IMG/VR virus record: IMGVR_UViG_3300030419_006157
Span: 1-53,645 of that record
Length of the DNA stretch: 53,645 nt
Origin: a virus
Taxonomy: Duplodnaviria > Caudoviricetes
Strand: one strand, 5' to 3'
Part shown: positions 46,188 to 53,157 of the stretch, in pieces
Layout: each line of letters opens with the position of its first letter
Position numbering within the stretch: position 1 is the first letter of the stretch
Notes under the pieces: generated by a model
Seen by the model: only the letters and a program-made list of their open reading frames with translations
Databases searched by the model: none
Told to the model about the DNA's origin: nothing
Made by a program: the position numbers and the translations under genes

Positions 46188-46333
46188 GACCCTAAATCGA
46201 CCCTGAAAAATCCACTACGTGGATTTTGACCCTAAAGGATCTGGTTATTTGATAGATTGTGAATAAGCTGGCGTTCATTGTGAATAACTTTTTCTTGGCA
46301 TGAAAACGATTTTAGACTAGTCTTGGCGGCGTT

Positions 46334-46579
46334 ATGAGTAACACTGACATTCAACTGCACAAGGCCACCGCCGAGCAGATTAATCAGATCGAGGATCTGG
46401 TCAATTCTGGATCGGGGCAAGGCTTCAGGGATCTGCTCGCGTGGATCTACAAGGCGCAGATCCGCCAAGCGGATACTGCGGAGATCGCCAACATGATCGC
46501 CCACGATCTGCCAATGCTCGTGGGGGATCGTGACGGCCTCCCCCGATCCGCAGGGGCCGAGGATCTGTATTCCCTTTGA
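46334..46579 (+). CDS. Hypothetical early protein (GATC-rich gene)
   Basis: TTGGCA-17-TAGTCT promoter, near-leaderless ATG, terminator at 46598-46626. Confidence 0.75.
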   Translation: MSNTDIQLHKATAEQINQIEDLVNSGSGQGFRDLLAWIYKAQIRQADTAEIANMIAHDLPMLVGDRDGLPRSAGAEDLYSL

Positions 46580-46768
46580 GGATCCTCAGAATCACCAACG
46601 TCGCCTTCGGGCGGCGTCTTTTTTTTGACCCTAATTGACCCTAAAGGGTTAAGTTATTTGACCCTGAAATATTTCAGTATTTGACTTATTAACAATCGGG
46701 TGGGGAATTGTGAATAACTTTCTTATTTTTTTCTTGTAGTAAAATCAATTTTAGTGTTTAATCTAACC

Positions 46769-47092
46769 ATGCAAACGAACTACGTAATCCAAATTCAAGA
46801 CATCGAAAATTACGGCCTCCACAGTGACGAGCCTTCCCATTATTGGAAATTCAAAGGCGGGGATCTGCTGGTGGTGGAGAATGCCCCTACCCGTGCCGCT
46901 ACCGTAATCGCGGTGGTCAATCTTCTCAAGTGTCAAGGCGGCATGGCCTTCCAATCCATTATTCGCGGATGGGATCAACATAGCGAAATTCCCGCCGAGA
47001 TCCGCAATGACGAGTGGGCTACTTTCATCGATTGGGCCGACCTAGAGGCAGACGCCAACGAAAAATTCGACCCTGAAAAGGTGGAGGTGTGA
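46769..47092 (+). CDS. Conserved phage hypothetical protein
   Basis: Leaderless ATG 46769; Q..ENYG.H....YWKFKGG motif. Confidence 0.75.
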   Translation: MQTNYVIQIQDIENYGLHSDEPSHYWKFKGGDLLVVENAPTRAATVIAVVNLLKCQGGMAFQSIIRGWDQHSEIPAEIRNDEWATFIDWADLEADANEKFDPEKVEV

Positions 47093-47141
47093 ATAACTTT
47101 TTCTTGCAATAAAAATAATTTTATGATTTAATAAGCGCGTT

Positions 47142-47342
47142 ATGAGATTCACATTTAAAAACTTCATGAGTGATGTTGACACCCACGTTCAAATCCGTTG
47201 TGGTTTAGGCATCGATGACTTGCCCGACGTTAACTTTCACGATTTTTGGTGGAAGGGAATTGACGAGGCAGATTGGCAACATATGGTTGAGGCAGCAGCA
47301 GACGAGGCCTTGAATAGTGCAGGATTTGAAGGAGTGATTTGA
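47142..47342 (+). CDS. Small acidic early protein
   Basis: TTGCAA-17-TTTAAT promoter; GLGIDDLPD.NF.D.W motif. Confidence 0.75.
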   Translation: MRFTFKNFMSDVDTHVQIRCGLGIDDLPDVNFHDFWWKGIDEADWQHMVEAAADEALNSAGFEGVI

Positions 47343-47414
47343 AAATTCGACCCTGAATAACTTACAAAAATAATCCTTGCATTACGAAAAAAATTAGTAT
47401 ATGGTTATATCGTT

Positions 47415-47600
47415 ATGAGCGAACAATATAAAACTAGAGCAGAGCGCGAACTCGTTTCGTGGAAACTATGGGCCGTCAATATGGGAATGTTGCGCGAGAT
47501 ACACAAGGAGATCGAAGAAAAAAATTCGACCCTGAAAGAAGATCCCGTAGTGTATACGGCAAATTCAAAATATCAAAATGAGTATTCGATCATTGTATGA
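47415..47600 (+). CDS. Small hypothetical early protein
   Basis: TTGCAT-17-TATGGT promoter, near-leaderless. Confidence 0.7.
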   Translation: MSEQYKTRAERELVSWKLWAVNMGMLREIHKEIEEKNSTLKEDPVVYTANSKYQNEYSIIV

Positions 47601-47665
47601 TGGAGGTTTTTGTGATCGCCCTAGTCATCTATATAGTGGACAGATATTCGACCCTGAATGAGTAA
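47597..47665 (+). CDS. 22-aa hydrophobic micropeptide (not in ORF track)
   Basis: MMEVFVIALVIYIVDRYSTLNE; ATGA overlap with upstream gene; terminator at 47701-47726. Confidence 0.65.
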   Translation: MMEVFVIALVIYIVDRYSTLNE

Positions 47666-47909
47666 ATGATTTTTGGTTAGGGTTGTTTGTTGCGTAATAA
47701 AGGGAGGCCTTCGGGCCTCTCTTTTTCGCGTCATTTTTTGACCCTAAAAGCTACGCTTTTGACCCTGAATGAGTGTTTATTTGAATAATATACCATAAAA
47801 TGGGCATTCTGTCAATGTTTTTTTATTACCAAAATAAATTTGATTGTGAATAACAATAACGAAAAAAAAGCTTGCATAAATTTTTATATCTGTTATTCTC
47901 TTTTCTGTT

Positions 47910-48614
47910 ATGGGAAACGCAAAACTAAAATTCGGAAAGCCAAATTCAAAGCTTAAAAAACTACAGGCAAAACGCGGTGTGAAATTGATCACCTTTACCT
48001 TGCCAAGCGGCCACACTTGCCCCGGTGCAAAGGATTGCCTTGCAAAGGCGGACAAGGTCACCGGAAAAGTTAAAGACGGAAAGCAAACAGAATTTCGCTG
48101 TTTTATGGCTTCACTTGAAGCGGTTTTTCCGTCACTGCGTGAATCCGTTTGGCACAATTTGACCCTGATTAAAAACGCGCTCAAAAATAGCGTTGAAGCT
48201 TGCGCGGATCTCATTTGCGAAAGCTTGCCGAAAAAGTTTGATATCGTGCGCGTCCACGTTGGCGGCGATTACTTTTCCCGCAACTATTTTTTGGCGTGGT
48301 GTGAAGTTGCCAAGCGCAACCCTGAAAAGATTTTTTACTCTTACACTAAAAGCTTAAAAATTATTTCTGGAATTGATAAACCTAAAAATCTAGTATTGAC
48401 TGCGTCCCGTGGTGGCAAGTTTGACGATATGATCAAAAAGCTTTCACTTAAAGAAGCAAAGGTTGTCTTCAGTAAAGAAGAGGCGCAATTGCAAAAGCTT
48501 GAAATTGACACCGACGACGAAAAGGCCGCATACGGCAAGAAAGACTTTGCCCTTTTAATTCACGGTGTGCAGCCAGCAGGAAGCAAAGCGGCGGCGGCAG
48601 TGAATGCATTATAA
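47910..48614 (+). CDS. GP88-like (radical-SAM-related) phage protein
   Basis: FTLPSGHTCPGAKDC...CFMA, VRVHVGGDYF, FYSYTKS. Confidence 0.75.
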   Translation: MGNAKLKFGKPNSKLKKLQAKRGVKLITFTLPSGHTCPGAKDCLAKADKVTGKVKDGKQTEFRCFMASLEAVFPSLRESVWHNLTLIKNALKNSVEACADLICESLPKKFDIVRVHVGGDYFSRNYFLAWCEVAKRNPEKIFYSYTKSLKIISGIDKPKNLVLTASRGGKFDDMIKKLSLKEAKVVFSKEEAQLQKLEIDTDDEKAAYGKKDFALLIHGVQPAGSKAAAAVNAL

Positions 48615-48636
48615 TAGTGCGCCCATAACATAACAA

Positions 48637-48678
48637 GGGCGGTGCAGGATCCACTCGTGACCTGTGCCGCCCATTTTT
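48637..48678 (+). terminator. Rho-independent terminator
   Basis: gggcggtgcagg...cctgtgccgccc-attttt. Confidence 0.75.
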
Positions 48679-48866
48679 CGACCCTGAATAGGTCTTCGAC
48701 CCTAGATAGATTTGACCCTGAAAGAGTGTTTATTTGTCTAGTAGTGAATAAGCTGGCGGTTTTTTGACCCTGAAAGGACTCCTTATTTGTTTGGTTGTGA
48801 ATAAGCTGGCAATAAATAACGAAAAAAAAGCTTGTAATCAAATCGTTTTTACTGTTTAATAAAACC

Positions 48867-49100
48867 ATGCAAACGCAAGAGTGGACAATCATCGGACGCA
48901 CATACAAATTTGGTCATCTCAACTACGAGGTTGGATGCGGTGGAACGGAAACCCCCTATTGCTGGAATGGCAAGTATTACCTCATGGTCTGGAACAAGGC
49001 CGAAAAAAAGCATGAGCATTATTGTTTCGAGGATGATCTCTTTTATCAGTCAGTTGGTTATAGCGATGATGATTGGCAAGGGTGCAGTCACTTCGATTGA
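48867..49100 (+). CDS. Hypothetical early protein
   Basis: TTGTAA-17-TTTAAT, ATG 6 nt later; GGTE.P...NG..YL..W motif. Confidence 0.75.
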   Translation: MQTQEWTIIGRTYKFGHLNYEVGCGGTETPYCWNGKYYLMVWNKAEKKHEHYCFEDDLFYQSVGYSDDDWQGCSHFD

Positions 49101-49183
49101 ATTCGACCCTGAAAGAAAGCTTTGTGAATAACTCTCTGAAGTTTTTTCTTGTAATGAAAACGAATCTATGATTTAATAAAAAC

Positions 49184-49372
49184 ATGATGAGCAACACGAA
49201 TACAAACAATCCCGAAAATAACCCTAACAGTCACAACGACCCACAGAGTGAACTGCGCGACCTAATCCAAGTCCAACCAGAGGAAGCGTGGGAACTCTGG
49301 GGAACCAATTCTTCCGGTGTCGAAGAATGGGATGCCCAAGTTTGGCAAGACATTAACTTCATGGGAGAATAA
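49184..49372 (+). CDS. Small acidic hypothetical protein
   Basis: TTGTAA..TTTAAT promoter, leaderless. Confidence 0.7.
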   Translation: MMSNTNTNNPENNPNSHNDPQSELRDLIQVQPEEAWELWGTNSSGVEEWDAQVWQDINFMGE

Positions 49373-49545
49373 TGAAAAACAACTTTTTCTATACTAAAAA
49401 AGGGGCGAATCTCTGGGCCAAATCACAAAGGCTAAAGGGAGCAAAGGCAAAAGTAATCAAATTGTCCGAGCCGAGTTATGTCGGTGGCTTCAATTACGAG
49501 GTGCAAGTAACTGGAGAGCCGTCTATATTCGACCCTGAAAAATAA
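49372..49545 (+). CDS. Small basic hypothetical protein (57 aa, not in ORF track)
   Basis: MKNNFFYTKKG...SIFDPEK; TAATG coupling. Confidence 0.6.
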   Translation: MKNNFFYTKKGANLWAKSQRLKGAKAKVIKLSEPSYVGGFNYEVQVTGEPSIFDPEK

Positions 49546-49592
49546 TAAAGTTTTTTCTTGTAATAAAAATAAAATCCTGTACTATAAGAACC

Positions 49593-49961
49593 ATGAGCTA
49601 CGAATACGAACTTGAATACCTCTTTGAGGAAGTTGAAAAGAATGGCAAACTGTATAGCGTTGAAGCCACCATCGGGTATGACGCCGAAATGGTTGACAAC
49701 GGAATCGGCCCCTATGAGTTTTGGGGTGCGCGGGGAACCGATGTTCTGATGGAGGTCGAAATTGGCAACAGCGGCATCATCAGCATCGACAAAATCGAAG
49801 ATGAGGACTGCAATGAAATTGACCCTGAAACCATCTCAATCTCAGACATTGAGGATTGGTTGAAGCCCTTTTACCAGAAGGGATACCGCGACAGGTGGAA
49901 CCCTGCGCGGTGGTACGATGAGGCCATTGAGAATGATGCTCAGAAAAATTTTGAAGAGTAG
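49593..49961 (+). CDS. Highly acidic early protein (possible DNA mimic)
   Basis: TTGTAA..TACTAT promoter; very high D/E content; GIGPYEFWGARG motif. Confidence 0.75.
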   Translation: MSYEYELEYLFEEVEKNGKLYSVEATIGYDAEMVDNGIGPYEFWGARGTDVLMEVEIGNSGIISIDKIEDEDCNEIDPETISISDIEDWLKPFYQKGYRDRWNPARWYDEAIENDAQKNFEE

Positions 49962-49984
49962 GCTGCTCTCATAACAACTAAAGG

Positions 49985-50011
49985 CGGAAAGGGAAACCTT
50001 TCCGTTTTTTT
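49985..50011 (+). terminator. Terminator ending the + strand early array
   Basis: cggaaagg-gaaa-cctttccg-ttttttt. Confidence 0.9.
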
Positions 50012-50220
50012 ATTGTTAAAATTTGACCCTGAATTTCTTAAAATCAGCGAATTTCTCATCGGAGAAAACACCCCTTTTCACGAAATTTTTTCGACCCTAA
50101 ATTGACCCTAGATAGTTATTGACCCTGAAAAATAACACTTATTTGTTTAGCCCTGAAAAAGCCGACCGATTTATTTGACCCTAATTAAATCAGTTTATTT
50201 GAGCTAATTGACCCTAAAAT

Positions 50221-50262
50221 AAAACCCCCGCTCCGAGGAGGTATAGAAAGGAGCGAGGGTTT
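50221..50262 (-). terminator. Probable terminator for the converging - strand genes
   Basis: aaacccccgctcc...ggagcgagggttt. Confidence 0.6.
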
Positions 50263-50286
50263 GGTTGTGAGGCAGGAGAAAGGAGA

Positions 50287-50796
50287 CTACCTCAAATTAT
50301 AAAACACATGATTGCCGATAACCTTTGTGGGCTTAACAGGGATCTTATTTCCTTTCTTATCTTTTAAAAACTTCCCTGTGCGTTTGTCTATTTTGTACGC
50401 CCAAGAGGGAGGACTCTTCATCATTTTTTTACTGTAATAATGATCGGCGTTGCCAGTGAACTTTTGCACAAGGTCGAATCCGCTATCGATTGCTAAAGCA
50501 AGCGACTTGGCATAAGGGGCAGATTTGGATTCCCACAAGTGACTCAACTCTTTCTCTGTCTTGATCTTCCCGTTACCAGCATTCCAAACGCTGAACTGCC
50601 AAGGCTGGTGACACACCTGTGCGGGAGTGATCTTCTTTTCCTTTGCGCGTTCTTGAATGACACATCCCACGGCGTACATCCCACTCGCTCCTTCGCCACG
50701 GGCTTCTCCAAGAATCGTAAGTGCGATTATCCGTTGCTCTTTTTCACCACCAAAAACACTGGCGGCTAATGCAATTAGTATAGCGATGTTCTTCAT
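50287..50796 (-). CDS. SleB-like cell wall hydrolase (Hydrolase_2) with signal peptide
   Basis: ALTILGEARGE, AVGCVI, QPWQFSVWN, ADHYY, IGNHVFY. Confidence 0.88.
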   Translation of the reverse strand: MKNIAILIALAASVFGGEKEQRIIALTILGEARGEGASGMYAVGCVIQERAKEKKITPAQVCHQPWQFSVWNAGNGKIKTEKELSHLWESKSAPYAKSLALAIDSGFDLVQKFTGNADHYYSKKMMKSPPSWAYKIDKRTGKFLKDKKGNKIPVKPTKVIGNHVFYNLR

Positions 50797-50808
50797 ATTG
50801 CGTATATC

Positions 50809-51015
50809 CTACCAAAGCTCATCTTCATTGTCAACGTTTTTTTTATTATCAAAAACCTTTTCGTCATCTAGGAAACCCTCGGTGGATAGGTATTTGAAAA
50901 TAGCCATTTGTCTTTCTTTGGTCATGCCCCCTTCGGAGCTAATTGAAATATTCTTGTTGGTTTTATCTAGTAGAACTTCTACTCCGTTTATCAATAAACA
51001 ATTTAAGGTACTCAT
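50809..51015 (-). CDS. Small hypothetical protein
   Basis: MSTLNC... after TTGACT..TACGAT promoter; KYL..EGFL. Confidence 0.65.
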   Translation of the reverse strand: MSTLNCLLINGVEVLLDKTNKNISISSEGGMTKERQMAIFKYLSTEGFLDDEKVFDNKKNVDNEDELW

Positions 51016-51067
51016 AAGATGCCCCAACCGTGAGGCTGGGGTAATCGTAACCTTACTCTAGGTAAAG

Positions 51068-51247
51068 TCAAGATTCAATTGGATCGCGTTTAACGATCTC
51101 GATTTGTGGGTCGTATCCATCATGATTGATAAGCATACTCCGAACATCTTCTAGTTCGCATGATGGTAGATAGAAAACCGTATCGATTTTCTCTTTATTG
51201 AGATAGACATCCCAACTCGTCATTACTTGGCTAACGTGTCTTAACAT
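51068..51247 (-). CDS. Small conserved phage protein (59 aa, not in ORF track)
   Basis: W.VYL....IDTVFY......V...LI.HDGY.P.I; leaderless after TTGACT..TACAAT. Confidence 0.7.
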   Translation of the reverse strand: MLRHVSQVMTSWDVYLNKEKIDTVFYLPSCELEDVRSMLINHDGYDPQIEIVKRDPIES

Positions 51248-51282
51248 GGCTCTATTGTATCAAGGTTATTTTTATAGTCAAC

Positions 51283-51832
51283 AAAAAAAACAGTCTGCTC
51301 GTGCTTACTCGCCCCTAACAGGTCGCGTGTCCTGTTCGCTGCGTTAGTCCTGCCAAGGCTGTGTTTCGCCTCCGAGCAAACCTAGAGAGACACCATCGGC
51401 GGTTTCCCGTTTCCCCACCTTTCGGCTCCACTTTCTTCGTATAGTGGCATTTAAGGCTGCGCCTTTATTACAACGAGTATGTTTCTCTCCTGTTCCCTTT
51501 CGGGAAATTGCTGTCGGTGTGAGGGGCTCGAACCCTCCCCCGTCCCTATCGTGTCACCGTCTAGCTTCAATGCATCTCCACTAGGGGCTTTCAGCCACGG
51601 GCGGTATTGCGGTACTTAACGAAATTCGTCAGAGGTTATAACCGTAATACTTCCAGTCTCACCAACATAAATTGATTCCCACGGTTTTGTATGATGTAGT
51701 CTCCCTAGGGCTACGACGACTACAACCCGCGCCTGTATTAGCGCATCTTTGTCGTGGGCGTTGCAAGATCTGGGCATCTAGTGACGGAGGGCGTTAGTAC
51801 CGAACCGTTTAGGGCATCATCCCCTGCAACTG
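51283..51832 (-). ncRNA. Putative multi-domain structured ncRNA transcript (~540 nt)
   Basis: No credible ORF; GC-rich; TTGACT-17-TAAGTT promoter at ~51838-51866; five successive closed stems; ends in stem plus U8. Confidence 0.65.
51512..51667 (-). ncRNA. tRNA-like element with enlarged interior
   Basis: Acceptor-like stem TGTTGGTG/CACCGACA, T-arm GAGGG-TTCGAGC-CCCTC, D-loop-like AGACTGGAA; no canonical anticodon arm and no encoded CCA. Confidence 0.7.
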
Positions 51833-51883
51833 ATATTAACTTACTACAATTAGTTTCGTAAGTCAACACTTTTTTTAAATTAA

Positions 51884-52076
51884 TGAGAGAGAGGATTTCT
51901 TGTTTGCCTCCAACGTTTTCGGGGTCACAGCCAAGATAGTTCAAGTCTGTCCCTACTTCGAGCCAACCTTACAGACCCCCAAGAGATTGGTGATCTCCTA
52001 GTCCGTAACATTGCACCTTAGCTGCTATGACAACAGCTTATTCGGTCACTCTCTTAGGGTCTCCGTCGAGTCCCTA
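51884..52076 (-). ncRNA. Putative structured RNA
   Basis: Non-coding; GAGAG/CTCTC closing stem with internal AGCTG/CAGCT, GAGAT/ATCTC and TCTGT/ACAGA helices. Confidence 0.5.
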
Positions 52077-52091
52077 AATTATTTAAAAGAA

Positions 52092-52496
52092 CTACTTATC
52101 TTCTTTTACGATGTACACCTTCTGTCCATCGATAAAGACATCCCTTGCATAATGCACGGGCTCCTTTGTTTTAACGTCTACAAAGGATTCATACTTATAA
52201 GGATTATAAGTCACCTGCCTAAGCGTCTTAGGCTTCCTAGCTTTACGCTCCTCTAAAGATTTAACCTTACCTAGATCGTGAACATAACCGCGCACGGTTG
52301 CGTGGACGTTCTTCCGTCTGGTTTCTAAAACTCTCTGCCTTCCCGCTTCGCTAACATTAAAGTCTATGCGCCCATAATGACCCTTCTTACCAACTATCCT
52401 TATAGCGTGGGTATGCTTTACAACAAGGCCCGTTTTGCGATCTTTCACGCTCAAGCACTTCTTATGTAAGTTGTAATATACTTCTACTGCCCTCAT
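52092..52496 (-). CDS. Conserved phage hypothetical protein
   Basis: VYYNLHKKCLSV...VSEAGRQRVL...KNVHA.VRG...YNPYKY motif; own TTGACA promoter. Confidence 0.8.
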   Translation of the reverse strand: MRAVEVYYNLHKKCLSVKDRKTGLVVKHTHAIRIVGKKGHYGRIDFNVSEAGRQRVLETRRKNVHATVRGYVHDLGKVKSLEERKARKPKTLRQVTYNPYKYESFVDVKTKEPVHYARDVFIDGQKVYIVKEDK

Positions 52497-52523
52497 TGTC
52501 TTTATAGACTATCAAAAAGATAT

Positions 52524-52811
52524 TTAAGTGTCAATACTTTTTTTTCCTAATTCGATTATTAAATTAAGCTCTCTTTCAACACATTCTTCATCTAGATATC
52601 CTTTGACTGTATCACCCCAACCTAATGGATCGCACATCATTCCTTGGTGGCGAAATACACCCATCTCATACAAGCCCTTTTCGCTGCCATATGAATGCTT
52701 ATGTTTCACCACGGAAACGTCATAGCCATTTGGCAATTCCACGTATGCCTGAATCGCACCCTCTCCGTGCGTCTTGGATATATCATCAAACTTTAGTTGA
52801 GCAAATTCCAT
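52524..52811 (-). CDS. Conserved phage hypothetical protein
   Basis: NGYDVSVV.H..SYG...GLYE...V.GYL motif. Confidence 0.8.
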   Translation of the reverse strand: MEFAQLKFDDISKTHGEGAIQAYVELPNGYDVSVVKHKHSYGSEKGLYEMGVFRHQGMMCDPLGWGDTVKGYLDEECVERELNLIIELGKKSIDT

Positions 52812-52931
52812 TTTATTTACTGTAAAAAAGATCCCGCTTTTATGTGGTTACGGAATAGGCGTTTATGATAACCAGTGACAAAACATAGTACAAAAAGCAC
52901 CGCCACATTGCCTTCCCTTTTCAGGGTCAAA

Positions 52932-53126
52932 TTAACATCTATCAGGTAACATCCAATCCTCTCGGATGCGTTTGGTGCGAGCCACTGATTCCTCAATGAG
53001 TCGATGAACATCTTCGACCATCTCACTACCCATTGTGACTTCCCCATGAGTAGTTAACCAATCCTCAAGGTCATCCTTGATTCGGTTAATCATTATTCTG
53101 TCGTGTTGGTCTTGTTTGTCATCCAT
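52932..53126 (-). CDS. Small hypothetical protein
   Basis: 64 aa; leaderless after TTGACA..TTTAAT. Confidence 0.7.
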   Translation of the reverse strand: MDDKQDQHDRIMINRIKDDLEDWLTTHGEVTMGSEMVEDVHRLIEESVARTKRIREDWMLPDRC

Positions 53127-53157
53127 GTTTTTATTAAACCAGAAATAAGTTCGTTTG

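Larger units (their letters stand above)
43579..49131 (+). promoter_or_regulatory. 15 co-oriented DnaA-box consensus sites (TGTG(A/G)ATAA)
   Basis: 43579, 43598, 43732, 43744, 43755, 43916, 44528, 45437, 46258, 46279, 46709, 47088, 47845, 48796, 49123; reverse complement matches TTWTNCACA. Confidence 0.75.
43352..50219 (+). repeat. Dispersed polar motif TYGACCCTRA, ~40 copies
   Basis: GACCCT at 43355, 43407, 43436, 43446, 43477, 43508 ... 50177, 50210; all on the + strand. Confidence 0.95.

Noticed and set aside
51585-51635. Hammerhead ribozyme core (CTGACGA ... GAAA on the - strand)
   Set aside because: The sequences after CTGACGA and before GAAA do not pair to form stem II
51512-51667. 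Canonical tRNA or tmRNA
   Set aside because: No anticodon arm of normal geometry, no tRNA-Ala identity, no tag reading frame, wrong length
51290-51830. RNase P RNA
   Set aside because: The conserved GAGGAAAGUCC and terminal CGGCUUA-type motifs were not found
51738-52256. ORFs 51738..51944 (-) and 52011..52256 (+)
   Set aside because: The first spans a promoter and structured RNA, the second lies mostly antisense to a conserved gene; neither has protein-like features
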